Part shown: positions 23,348 to 37,500 of the stretch, piece by piece | Numbering within the stretch: position 1 is the stretch's first letter | Layout of the letters: every line of letters starts with the position of its first letter | Assembly (NCBI RefSeq): GCF_963676685.1 | Contig: NC_092349.1 | Coordinates: forward strand, 58,218,001 to 58,282,000 | Source of the DNA: Mytilus edulis | Taxonomy: Eukaryota | Length of the DNA: 64,000 nt | Direction of reading: 5' to 3' | Made by a program: the position numbers and the translations under genes | The notes under the pieces: generated by a model | What the model was told of the DNA's origin: nothing | Databases searched by the model: none | What the model saw: the letters and a program-made list of their open reading frames with translations, nothing else

Positions 23348-25017
23348 TATTCTCCTTAGTATCAAACTAATACTTAAAATGTTATATTCCACTTCATAAA
23401 TATAAATGAAAGAAGAATGTTTTCTTTTTTAGTAAGAAATATATCAAAAGACAACCCTAAACTTATGATTGTAAATGTTTATACAAAATAAAATATCGGT
23501 AAAACGATTCTATTGTTCAAAATCATTTAACTTTAATAAATCGTTTACAAGTTTGGAACTGTGACATGAAAATGAATATGAATGATTGTTGTTTTGGTCG
23601 ACTTTTTATACCTGTGTTTAACTTAATTAATTGATTAATAACTTAAATGAATTACCACGTAAATAGCTCTATTGTTTATTGAAAACTGTGGGGTCGATTT
23701 AAGTACCTGTCAGTTATGACCCGCAAAAATAACAGGTTTAAGAAGCATGCTCAGCACATCTAAAAATATACAAATATGCAATATTAATCATTCACAACGA
23801 TAGAATATGTCTATGAGCGATATTAAAAACAAGAACTATCTTTAAAAAAGATATCCGACGTATTTAAATTTGAGTATATGTTTAAAACTATCATTTCGAT
23901 AACATTCAGAAGCACAAAGATACCATTTAAATAACGCATGCCCTAGATAAATAAATTTCAAACATGTTTTATGTTTTAGAAAAATAAAAACTCACAAGGA
24001 TTTTGCCGTGCACTTTTTTTCATTCCTCCAGAAGGTGCCCAAATAAACTAAGTTGGGAAACAGTTTTGAGAACTTCCCCACAGGTAATAATTGAAGTGAG
24101 CTTTATTCAATGAAAAGGACATTAGATGGACAATAGATACCTGACAATAATTGGTTATTTAAACTGTGTACCTGAGTGGACCATATCAAGGTAAACTCAA
24201 CTGTTTGTTAATTTTTATCATCTTCTGCAGGGGAAAAAAAAGTGTACGGCAAATTCCAGTTAAGTTATGAATTTTTTCTAAATCATACATGTACAATGCA
24301 TTTGAATTCTATTTATCTAGGGCATGCTATGCCTTAAAACTTTTCCAGAAGCACAGGTTTGCCTGTACTCAGAGTAAATTTTGAGGTGAAAATACGGCCA
24401 TTTTAGCCATAGGGTCCACATGAACCTTAAAGAACAATAACTCAAACAGGATATTGTAATATGCTCGAATAATTAATTATATCTACCTTCTGATATTAAA
24501 GTAAGATAAACGGGGTTGGTCAATACGAAAATATGCTACAGCAAAACAATAAGCAACAGATTAAGTTATGATTTAGGTCATTAACAAAAATTGTAACTAT
24601 ATTTGATTGGCCAGATTCGCAGGTAATACTTTTTAAAAGGCTATGGCTATGTCTCTCAATGTCAAATGACCTAAGAGGTTGAGATAATAAGATTTTAGCG
24701 ATAAGTTTTTCTTTTAGATTATCTTACTTATCATTCCACCTGTTAACAATTTCTCTTTGTTTTAGTGATAAATGTTATAGCTAATTTCTAAAGATAAGGT
24801 GTCAGTACTTGGTCGTTTCAGGAAATAACCCTGTTAATGGATCAACTGTCGATTTCAGTATTATTGCGTACAATAATATGTATTTAGATCTTGAAATGTT
24901 TTTTATTTGTTCTTTACAGTTTATATATTTATCCTTGTTTTAAATATACATGTAGATGCCCCCCCCCCCCCCCCCCCAAAAAAAAAGGTAATCATTCCTA
25001 TCATTGGTCAATCATAC

Positions 25018-25163
25018 CATAGGAGGATCCAAAGGGGGGGCTGGCCTGGGAAAAGTTTTGTTGATAATATAGGGAATCACTGAAGCATGACTGGAGCGGG
25101 TCCTACCTTAGGTCAGTCAGTGCCCCCACCCACCCTTTACAAAAAGTTCTGGATCCGTCACTG
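25018..25163. mobile_element. Short MITE of the CAGTGGCGGATCC family
   Basis: Ends CATAGGAGGATCC / GGATCCGTCACTG; flanks CATAC/CATGC; homologous to 47828-47986. Confidence 0.65.
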
Positions 25164-26592
25164 CATGCATATCAGCTTATGTGAAGCTCTTTTGCAAACA
25201 GTTTCTGTTTCTATAATATTTTCTATATAAGATAAAATATTTTGACAGAAATAACTCCTATAAGAAGCGGATTGATGATTTTGTTTTTGTTGCTCACAGT
25301 TATTTTTACCATGAAGTCAGAGGAAATGGAATACGCAAACTTTATCATAAACACACATATAATGAGTCAGCCCATCTATGGTCTAAATTGGGTGGTATGA
25401 AAAGTCAAGTCAAAAGCTCACTATAGTTTAATTTCAGCTTGCGGTATAAAAATTCAGGACAAAAGCTCACTTTGGTCTAAATTGGGTATGTGGTATGAAA
25501 AGTCAGGACAATAAGCTCAAAACGGTCCCTATTGTTGGACCACTAGCATTAAAAAGTCATTGTTAAAGGACTAGTTATATATAACTTATATATATCCAAC
25601 AAAGGCAATATGAAATCCATCCTCTGGTGGATTCTCAACAGACATTTATAAGCAAAATACCAAAAGGATTAATGAATTGCAGCCTGTAATACAAAAGAGA
25701 GGTTTAGCTAGCTATATAAGGTTTAATCTACCATTTTCTACATAAGAAAATGACTGTACCAAGTAAAGGATATGACAGTTGTTATCCATTTGTTTGATAG
25801 CTTTTGATTTCACCATTATTACCGACTTTATGTTTTGAATTTTCCTAAGAGCTCTGTATTTTTGTGATTTTACTATTTTTCAAAGGAAAGCTGCTAGAAA
25901 GAGTAAAAGGAGTGCAGACATCTAAAGACAAAATCAGATAATAAATATATTCATATTCTTTTAATTAACTTCTGATATCATGATTATAAAACTCAACATA
26001 AAAAAATATAAATTATCACAATTAGAAAAACAATTATACATTTAATAACATGCATTTCAATATATCTAAAAACTTTATAATCAATAGTACAATTGCAGTG
26101 ATATTTTATGAAGTGCAAGACAGTCTTTGATAGAATTTTTCATATACTTTTCCTAAAAAATGTTTTTAATGTCGTTACATTGAACCTATTTTACTCATTT
26201 TACATAAAACCTGTTTTTTTGTGTGATAGTAAGGTGGATTGGCTGAAATTTATTCCTGAATATAGTTCCATCATAAAGAATACAAGTAATTTTGAAGAAA
26301 GAAGCGATGTAAGAAAAATTATTTCTTTCCAAACATTAGTTTATACTTTTTTACATTTTATACATATATATTCCCAAAATAAAGTTGACCTCATACTTCA
26401 AAGTGATTTTCTCATAGATTTCATATAGGGGATGAATAGAAAAACAACATGCATATGATAATGTTCAATACTTCAACCATCTCTGCTTGGAGACAGACCC
26501 AATAATGCAGCTTTGAAAAGTTTCACCTGGACAAATTATTCACTTCTATTTTATTATCATATCCAAAAAATCTTTATAGCATCTTAATATAT

Positions 26593-28331
26593 AACCAGAT
26601 GTTCCGCAGGGCGCAGCTTTATACGACCGCAGAGGTTGAACCCTGAACGGTTGGGGCAAGTATGGACACAACATTCAAGCTGGATTCAGCTCTAAATTTG
26701 GATTGTGATTAAATAGTTGACACAGCATAGGTTTCTGACACAGAATGAATGTGGTCTAATGAACTTAAAATATTTTTTTTGCCTTTGAGCAATTCACTAT
26801 GCTGGTGAATATTAATCCTCTCAAAAAAATGTTTGAAGAAATTTTCTTTTTATTTATGAAATCTGAAATGAGAAAAATTTAACCCCCTACCCCCATTTGT
26901 TTTCACATCCCCCTTTCCCTTTTTCCAAAACTGATCTCAATTCAAATTTCTAATGGAGTTTGCAACAATAACTACTCATTTAAATACATCATAAAATATT
27001 AAAATGTAAAATAAAGTGCTTGTTATCACTGAATGGTAAATATTGTTTTAATTTATCAGTTGGTAGAAAAAGTGAATATACATTGTATATTGTATAAAAC
27101 AATGATTTAAGTTGATTCAACTACTATTCTGGACAAAGAAAGATAACTCCAATTGAAATATTAATTATATATCTGTATTGTATAAAACAAAGATTTAAGT
27201 TGATTCAACTACTATTCTGGACAAAGAAAGATAACTCCAATTGAAATTGCAATTAGATATTTCTTGCTATTGCGCAATACTGAGTAATTGAAAATTTCTT
27301 GTTATTGCACAATACTGTGCAATTGAAGATTTCTTGCTATTGGTGAATACTGTGCAATTGAAAATTTCTTGCTATTGCACAAAACTTAATATAATAATTT
27401 TGGATCCTGATTTGAACCAACTTGAAAACTGGGCCCATAATCAAAAATCTAAGTAGTACATGTTTAGATTCAGCATATCAAAAAAGCCCAAAAATTCAAT
27501 TTTTGTTAAAATCAAGCTTAGTTTAATTTTGGACCCTTTAGACTTTAATGTAGACCAATTTGATAACGGGACCAAAAATTAAGAATCTTCATACACAGTT
27601 AGATTTGGCATATCAAAGAACCCCAATTATTCAATTTTTGATGAAATCAAACAAAGTTTAATTTTGGACCCCGATTTGGACCAACTTGAAAACTGGGCCA
27701 ATAATAATAATCTGAGTACATTTTTAGATTCAGCATATCAAAGAACCCCAAGGATTCAATTTTTGTTAAAATCAAACTAAGTTTAATTTTGGACCCTTTG
27801 GACCTTAATGTAGACCAATTTGAAAACGGGACCAAAAATTAAGAATCTACATACACAGTTAGATTCGGCATATCAAAGAACCCCAATTATTCAATTTTTG
27901 ATGAAATCAAACAAAGTTCAATTTTGGACCCTTTGGGCCCCTTATTCCTAAACTGTTGGGACCAAAACTCCCAAAATAAAACCCAACCTTCCCTTTATGG
28001 TCATAAACCTTGTGTCAAAATTTCATAGATTTCTATTCACTTAAACTAAAGTTATAGTGCAAAAACCAAGAAACTGCTTATTTGGGCCCTTTTTGGCCCC
28101 TAATTCCTAAAATGTTGGGACCAAAACTCCCAAAATCAATCCCAACCTTCCTTTTGTGGTCATAAACCTTGTGTTAAAATTTCATAGATTTCTATTCACT
28201 TGTACTAAAGTTAGAGTGCGAAAACTAAAAGTATTCGGACGACGACGACGCAAGACGACGCGGGACGACAACGACGCCAACGTGATAGCAATATACGACG
28301 AAAAATTAAAATTTTTGCGGTCGTATTAAAA
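26593..28331. mobile_element. Helentron/HINE-like element with internal tandem repeats
   Basis: Sub-terminal TATACGACCGCA (26620) is inverted against TGCGGTCGTAT (~28316). (GAC)n tract near the end; internal repeats of ~100 bp, ~31 bp, ~260 bp and ~147 bp. Confidence 0.75.
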
Positions 28332-28576
28332 TATGGAAGACTAAAATCTTTTGTTTTTACATAACATTCCTCTTTATTATTATTAGATAAAAGTCTTTTT
28401 CAAGTATAAGAATGTTTTACATGTTTTCTTTTAAAGCAACAAAGTTTATCAAATACATGTACTTTCACATATTTTTTTCAACTATCAAAAAGCTCTTTTC
28501 CAGTTATCAATTAAATCTGCAAAAAACATTATTCAATTATCATTTACACATATTTTAACATATATTCAGCCTTTCA

Positions 28577-31500
28577 TCATGATTTAAATGTATCTAACCC
28601 ATCAATGCCCTTCATTCCACATTTAGCACCAGCTACTTGGCAACCAAATGTCAGAGCTTTATTTAAACTTTGACCTTTTGACCTTGACAAAATAAATGCA
28701 GCATTGAATGTATCACCAGCTGCTAAAGTTTCCATATTCTGTCCTGGTGAAAGTTTTGGAGGAAAAGCTGGAGAAGAGTGTAACATTCCATCTGTTCCAA
28801 CAGCAACTGCTCCTTCTTCACCCCAGGGGCAAATAATTTCAGACCTAAAATAGTTAAGATACAATGTATAACTAACCAGATATACAAATAAAAGACAATA
28901 AGAAACGGTTAGGGTGCTATTATTTTTTGTCTTTGTTAAACCTTGCATTATACATACATGTAAAACATGATATGAGTTTACAAGACATTTTAAAACAATT
29001 TCTTAACAGAGGTTCAAAGCTCAAAAGCTTTATATATAGATGAATATCAGTATACCGAAAACCTAAGCTATATTGAGCATTTATATCCTCTTATTACAAA
29101 CAAAGAATTCAAAACATGCACATTGAAAACAAAGCATGCACACTAGTAACATGCATAAGAGTTTGGAGATAATAAAAAAGATATCATGGAAATACATAAA
29201 AAATCATATAAAACAATTATCAGATATTCTTCAAATCAATATTTCAAAATATCAGCTACACTATTCTAAATGAATACCATTTAAACTAGTTCCCTGTGCT
29301 CCCTAAACATAGAGCTTCATACTGTTGCTCAGATCTAATAACTAACAGTATCTATTTGCAGAAACCTGAAAAAACAGTAATCATATCTTACCCTTCTCTG
29401 CACTTGGCATATAATTTCTGGACCCCTTCTTCTTTAGTTTTATAACCTCTACTCTTAACATAATCCTTGCTTACAAATATTGTGTCTGCTGTATCAAACA
29501 GGTTATCTAACAAAAAATAAAAAGACAAAAAGTAATAATTATAGAACAACATAGAATAACTTATCAAAGAATTCAAATAGACAAAAATATTCAACAATTG
29601 ACCCAACAACACATTAATTCACAAATGGGTGTAGCGCCTAATTATCAGTGTTGTTCGGTCACAAGTTGATTATTTTTCGCTATTTTAATTCTTTTATAAG
29701 TTATTCTTTTATTACATTGGAATATTCCTTTTTTATGAAATTAATGTAGACTAGATATGTCAAAACGACACGAATGGCCCCGTCTCAAAAAATTTTAAAA
29801 TCTGCAATTTCAATAACACATGTTGACACACACATGATGGTAGTCTCACATATCAAAAATCAGCTCAAAATCTAAAGGCGAATAGAAGAAAAGTCCTTAT
29901 AACTGTGATTTTCAACAATTTCAAAGTCGTAAACCCTTAATTTTTGGCAAAATTCAGCGAAGGGGAATGAAGCTTAATATTGATCTGTAACTCATTGTGG
30001 TTAACTCACCTACCAAAAATCATTTCAATATCTGAAAGCGTTTAGAAAAAATATTCGTATAACTGTGATTTTCAATAATTTATCAAAGTCCAAAGCCCAT
30101 GATTTCAGCAAAATATTAGGGAAAGGAATGAAACTTAAAATTGATCTGTAACTCATTGTGGTTAACTCACCTACAAAAAATCATTCCAATATCTGAAAGC
30201 GTTTAGAAAAAATATTTGCATAACTGTGATTTTCAATAATTTATCAAAGTCCAAAGCCCATGATTTCAGCAAAGTATTAGGGAGAGGAATGAAACTTAAA
30301 CTTGATTTGTAACTCATCATGGGTAGCTCACATAGCAAAAATCAGCCCTATTTCTGAAAGCGTTTAGAAAAAAGTTCGTATAACTGTGATTTTCAACAAC
30401 TTATCACAGTCCAAAGCCCGTTATTTTGTCAAAAATTACACGAGCGGACTGAAACTATAACTTGATTTGTAACTTATCATTGTTAACTCACATACTAAAA
30501 ATCAGCCCAATATCTGAAGGCTTTTAAAAAAAACCTCTGTATAATGGTTTGTTGTGAAATGACGGAATGACAGAATGACAGAATGATGGAATGACGGAAT
30601 GACAGAATGAAGCAATGAAAGAATGATGGAATGACTGAATGACAGAATGACGGAAAGGGTAAAATTATATGGCACCAAAGACAACTTCATTGGGGGAGCC
30701 ATAAAAATGTAAGGAACTATTTATTTTTGTTCTACGCATTCACAATTTGTTTGGATCCTATGTTATTGATGTCTTGACAACACCAATTGTTGTATGAAGT
30801 CAGAGGAGTGAAAAGCATGTAAAATTATAGATTTTTATTACACTGGGAAATCAATGTTATTCATTGCAACCAAAAAGTAATAACAACTAGAATTGCCATT
30901 GCAAGCAATAGTGGATGTCACCCTGGTCCGCCAATTGCCACTAAACAGCAGCCATTTTGATTTTTTTAAAACATTGAATACAACTTTATGCATCACAATA
31001 TATCTTTCTACTTTTTTTTCAAATTTTCAGAAAGTTTAAAGCATTTTGGCATTTTATTCATTTATACGGTTTCCATGGCAACGGCAGCCAAATTTGAAAA
31101 TTCCATAGATGGACAGCATATCTTCACATGCAAAGAAACATTTCCACAAAGTTTCACTCAATTTGGAAGACCTTCCAGTGTTTCATATTCTTTCTGTTTC
31201 CAGGGCAACAGAGGCCATCTTGGAAATGCCAACCCCTGATTGCACATCTGCACATGGGGGTTAATATTATTGATAAGTTACATCATAATTGGTCCATAAA
31301 TTTCTGAGAAATAGTTTGGACAAAAAACTGTGGAATAGTAATAATAAGGAAAAGAAAAAGAATCGAACAATAACAATATGTCACCAGATCTCCGTCAGGG
31401 TGACATAACAATTACAGTTCATTCATTGACATCTATAATTATAAGAAGCCCTTTAGTGAATTTCATCAGTGACAATATCAGTGTTTAGGAAACTTCAGGA

Positions 31501-34500
31501 ATCAGTACCATCTGTATCCTTATGAATTTAAAAATACTAAAATAAAGGTGCAAGGCTTAAAGGAGACTTTACAAGTGGGAGACAAAGGTTTGAGGCCTGT
31601 GTTTTTTTTATGGAAATCTTTAATTTTTGAATTAAAAAGTCCAGTACCATTCCTTAACACTGATGCTTTATACAGGACTTTTGACTTTATAAGGGAGGGC
31701 TTATCACTTGAAAATTCACATAATCCTCTGCCTTCTTTCTTTAAAACAAATCTGAACTCCCTATGACCTCTGCATAAACCTAAGAATTCTTAAATAAACT
31801 TAAGAAAAATAATTGCTCTTCAAAAGAACAATATTTCTGGTTGTGGAGTATTATTCTTTATGGTTTTTTTTCCCCTTTTTTCTGTTAGCTGTAAAAAAAT
31901 GGTCATCTGATCAGGACAATATTTTCAAAACATCACCCTTCTTTGTAGTGTCCTTTTAGTGTCATATACAAATTTGCTCTGGCCAACATGCTTTCTGTTA
32001 CATTATATGACAAAAACATTGAGTTTTCATATTACCTAAACCAATTCTTGTGGTCTTTTCGATCTCCAATGATGTGCGAATCCTTGCATCTTTATCAACA
32101 GTTTTATTGTATTCATCTATCCACAATAACATGTCTTTAATATCGTCACATGATGGTCTCCCCTTAAACAATTTTTTTTCAAATTAAAATTATTTACAAT
32201 CACAACTACATGTATAACCTCATATTTAGACACTTCAGCATTTTGTAATCAAAACTGGATTTCTGCAATCCAAATATAATCTTAAATCATAATTAAAAGT
32301 TAGTTATAGCCCTTGCTGATAATTACAGTGTACATATGACTGGTTTGTAGCAACTCAATCAGTCACACCAACATTTAAAAAACTTGTTGAGAAAAATGCA
32401 ACTGACATGTGTAAATATGATCAAATATAGTTACAGAGTGAGGAATGAACATAGGTAAACCAGTGTACCCTCTAACTCTGTAGCTGGGTTGTTATAAAGC
32501 TGTTTCATGTTCATGTGGGTGTCCTAAGTCAGGCAACTTGTCATAAATTGTCTTCATCTTCATTTTTTTTCTTTCAGGAATTTTGTAACCATGGCAGTCT
32601 TTGATATTCTTTGTTTAAAGGAGTAGGGGCAATAAAGCCCTTATTTGGCCCAAAAATTACTGCAAATTTAAAAGTTATCATACATATTTTAAAATTACTG
32701 AAAAGTATCTCAGGTAGAAGGTATTCAGAAAAACAAAATAATTTTGGACATCAAACAAGTTACCATGGCAACAAATCATGCCTTAGTTTGCATATTTTGT
32801 AAAATTTTGTGATTTTCCTTGTTTTTCATCAAATTTTTAAGTATATTTTCGATTGGAAAAGTATGTGCGCACCCAAGAAACAACTTTATATTTGGTGAGA
32901 TTTTGTCAATAGTAATGATAAAGCTTCAGTTAAATAGACAACTTTCGAGTTCGATGCATTTCCATCAAAAACTCTGGTTTTAGTGAACGTCATTTGTGCG
33001 TTTAGGGGCGTCGTCACTTCCGTTTTAATGTTGAGCAAGTGGTTGGAAAACTATAATTTTATATTGTACGAATTATTCAGCAAATTAAATTCTCAAAATT
33101 GACAATCAGCAATTCTGTCATTAGGGAATTGTCATTAAGTACCTACAAAACAACCATTATTTCTAGTTTATCCTGTACAATGACGATCACTAAGACGCTT
33201 GATGAACGTAAATAGTGCAGGGATACAGGCATCCCCTTTATCTGGTAAATGACGTCATAAAGGCGTGCATAATTGACGAGTTTTTGCCGGTGACGGATGA
33301 ACTCGAAAGTGGTCTATTATTTTGTTGTTTCTTGGCTGCGCACGATGTTTCCACAACAGAAATAAAGATAGAAAACTGCATAGATTCTGAATTTTCATCG
33401 TTTTTGTGAAAACAGTATATATTATGACGTAATTGTGACATCACATAAGAATCTTAATGTTTTTCATTTATATTTCTTGACCCTATGCATTTCTAAAGAT
33501 TATGTTCCAATTTGAAAAAGTTATCAAACATTTTATTTTCTTGGGCCAAAACCAGGCCTTAAAATGCCCCTACTCCTTTATCAATTTTTCAAAATATTCT
33601 AGAGGATGGTAATTAAGAGCTTGCCATATTGTACATTTTGTATAGGTATTTTAACAACGGCAATTTCACATCAAGATTTTTTTTGAGTTTTTGCTTTGTT
33701 TAGTAGCTGTCTCAGTCAATATTACTGTACATCTCCTTTAATCTATAAAAAAGTAATACACTAACCTCAAAGTGAATCCATTTATACTGAGTCAAATCTA
33801 GCTTTTTAAAATGTTCAGGTTTTATTTCTGGCCAATTTCTGAAATGATTTATTGAAATTTAAGAGTTTAAATTTGATATATACCATGGACATAAATAAAA
33901 CACTCAGAACAGAACAATTCTTCTGATTTTGTCGTATGATCAATTAGAGCTGTTCCTTTAAACTGTAAGTGGGAAGGTGTGAAATGTAGTTCTATCTTTT
34001 TTTTTGTATTGTTGTTTTTTTGCTGTCATGGCTGTTGGATGTACATTTGATGTTAAAATTACCCATAGACTTTAAAAAATCAATTCATACAAGAGAAAGT
34101 TTCTTAAAAGTCAAACTCTGTAGCTAAAGTGCTCTAATAATTATAAACGATTAACTTTAGCATCATGTCAAATTAAATAAACCCTGAAATTCAAAATGGC
34201 ATAAATCTTGAAGTTAACAAATCCACTTTTTCATTTTTTTTCACTAGAAGATCTCACAAAAATAAACCAAATAGATCATGTTAAACCATTGAAAAATCTT
34301 AATCTTACAAAAACGTTTATATAAAAATAGAAATTCAGAGGTCCCAATAACCCATGGCTACTAAAATTTGACTTCGATTACTGAAATTTGTATATTTTTG
34401 CGTAATTTTATTCCAGTGAATACAATATGTCATACTCTAATAAATTGCAGAGTTCACATTGATTGATTAATTGATTGGTGTTGTTTAATGCCACTTTCCT

Positions 34501-37500
34501 TTTTTTAATGTGCATGGTTTCTATGCCTTATTGTGCTTCTTTGTTACATATTTGTTTGTTTTTATAGTGATAAAGATTATAACACAATGCTGACTGCTGT
34601 TCCCCTATTTGTTACATTTTTACCTATTAGGTCTCGACGTCTGTTTGTTTTGTTTACACTTCGTTAATAATATAATGGAATTTGATGTTACTGTCATACA
34701 AGTGAGAGTTTTTGCTAGCTATAAAACAAGGTTTGATCCACCATTTTCTACATAAGAAAATGAATGTACCAAGGCAGGTATATGACAGATGTTATCCATT
34801 CATTTGATGTGTTTGAGCTTTTGGTTTTGCCATCTAATAAGGGACTTTCCGATTTTTCATCTGAGTTCAGTATTTTTCTGATTTTACTTTTTTCAACACT
34901 TTTGGTTATATTGATTTTTTGGTGGAGGTAGCCAAAGATATCTTTCAACCTACTGCAGGAAAACTGGCTGTCCTAGTCTACAAGATTGAAGTGGCAAAAT
35001 AAGAAAAACAAATTACAGGATAACATACTTGCCATGATGCAGTATAGTCCTAGATCCATTCTTGCAGTTGGTTATGACAATGGATGTTGGTGTTTTGACA
35101 TTATCTGTATTAGTAACACAATTTTCTGTAACTACATTATACTTTTGAAATACTTCTTTCAGAAATCTGTAATGATATAAATAAATTATTTATAAGAAAT
35201 CATATAGAATAAAAAAAGAAAAAATTCATCTAAATACAAATATATGTTCATGCCATAAGAGAATTTCCAGATCATTTAGAATTTAATTAAATCTTTAACT
35301 GATAGATTTCCAGCTCTCAAAGAAAACTCCTTATGTAAGTAAATATTTTGTTGTATAAAAGAGACTTACAGGTTTTTCTCATTGTTGAAGGTTGTATGGT
35401 TGCCTATAATTGCTTACACCCACTTCATTTGAACTTTGGTGGATAATAATATCATTGACAACCATACCACATCTTCTTATTTTTATATGGAGAACTAATT
35501 TATTTCAAATAAATATATATAGTGTTGCAAAAATGTTATTCTTTCTCAGAGTTTCATCAGGAACTCTATAAAATACAAACTTAAAAACAGTCAATTTAAA
35601 ATTCTTAGTAATACCAAAGTAATAATTATACAACACTTATTAAACTTCCACTTTCTATTTAGGAATACAATTAACAATACATTAAGAAATTGAGTTTTTA
35701 TAACTGGGTAAATATTTCTACAAACCATTTATACATGGAGTAGTACCTGACTTACTCAGCCTCTCTGTCTGTAGCAAATGTACCAAGGAACTCTGACCTG
35801 GCTCCAAGAAGGGAGAGAACACAGCTTGTATTGGCAGCATTACCTCCCCTTTGCCAATAATAATCAAGTACTCTGAAAAAATGTAAAGAATTAATCTTAT
35901 TAGACAAACATCAGATTTTAAACTGGAAGAACTATGTGAATTATAATAAGGCCCTTATAGATATTGACCTACCAGTAATGTTTTGTTTTTAATGTGGGTT
36001 AAAGATCTAAAATTGTTTTCACAAAACACCAGTTGAAGTTATTTTATACTAATTTACTTGTTCAATCATGTTTGAAAACAGCTTTTTTTTCTTTGTACAT
36101 GTTCTTCACTTTTTGTTTAAAAGTTATAACATATACATGATACATATACAATGTTTCCAAGTACTACTAAGTTCATGCTGTGCATACTAATTTTTGTGGA
36201 TATTGTGGGCATGCATAGGAGGGTAGAAATGCCCTTTACTGTCAGGCGTCAAACAGTCATTTTTCAGTTAGTGTTTGCGTCATATTGGTTACATTTTTAC
36301 TCTGATTCGTCAAAATAATTTATCGTGAAACGGCAGAGGTCTCAAATAATTATAGTTACGGTTTTTTTTGAAGAAAAAAATAATTTTGATTTGTCAAAAT
36401 CAGTCAATTTTTTATCGTTTTAAAAGGTTTACATTTTATCAACATGCACTAAAAATTACTGTTACATGTAACTTCATTTGGCAAGAATTATAACCGTGAT
36501 TCCTCATGAATTTAACCCCATTACGACCCTCCTATAGGTGAACAACAAATTTTTTTAAAGTGTTTTAAACCCTTTATGACCCTCCTATAGGTGAAACACC
36601 AAACTTTGTTTAAAGTATTAAATTCTAAACCACTACGACCCTCCTATAGGTGAACACCAAATTATTTTTAAAGTGTTTTAAACCCATTACGACACATATA
36701 TATTGGCATCTAACTAATTTAAAATAGCCTTGTCAATTTGTGTTTTAAATACATCCTTAAAAACTTTAGTCTACTACACATATGAACATGAACTTCAAAA
36801 ATGGTAATTGTTTACATAAAATTACTGTGGATTCATTTATTTTCGTTGTTACCAAATTTTGTGGATAAAGGCAAACCTGCATTTTTGTGGATACATGATT
36901 TGATTTCATGGTTTTGCCAAAGTCTGCATACATTCTTATTGAAATTTTTCAATTGAATTCGTTGAACATTAGAATTCGTCTATGCTGGGTGACAACAAAA
37001 TCCTTGAAAATTGGTATCCAATAAATAATAATGAATCTATTGTAAAGAGACATGGATTGATTGCTAACAGAGGCGTAGCGCTCAATTTTGTATTGGTACG
37101 GCAGAATATGTATGATTCGCGAAGCGAATCATCCCGCCTCATAGAGGCGGTATTTCGGCAGGGGGTCTGGGGGCCGCTTAAGGCCCACGGAATTTTTTTG
37201 ATAAATGGTGCAAAATCCTGCATTCTGACCCTCTCCTGACACTTATATTTCATTCTTGAAAACCCTATTTTGTCAGCAATAGTTTTACCTACGACACATT
37301 TTTTTTCAAAGTTTACTTCAAAAAAAATAAAAATAGTAAAAATTCGAATATTTTTATTTCCCAAATTATAGAGCCCATAAAGGGCATACAATTATATACA
37401 CTTGACTGACTTATTGGTAATCACAACAATTAAAATCACAGTGTACATGTGTCAGTATATTAGCATTTGTCGGAATCAGAGCCAAAATAGTATATATATT

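Noticed and set aside
28845-28948. N-terminal part of the 123-aa ORF 28577-28948
   Set aside because: Intron sequence upstream of the AG acceptor of the last KHK exon.
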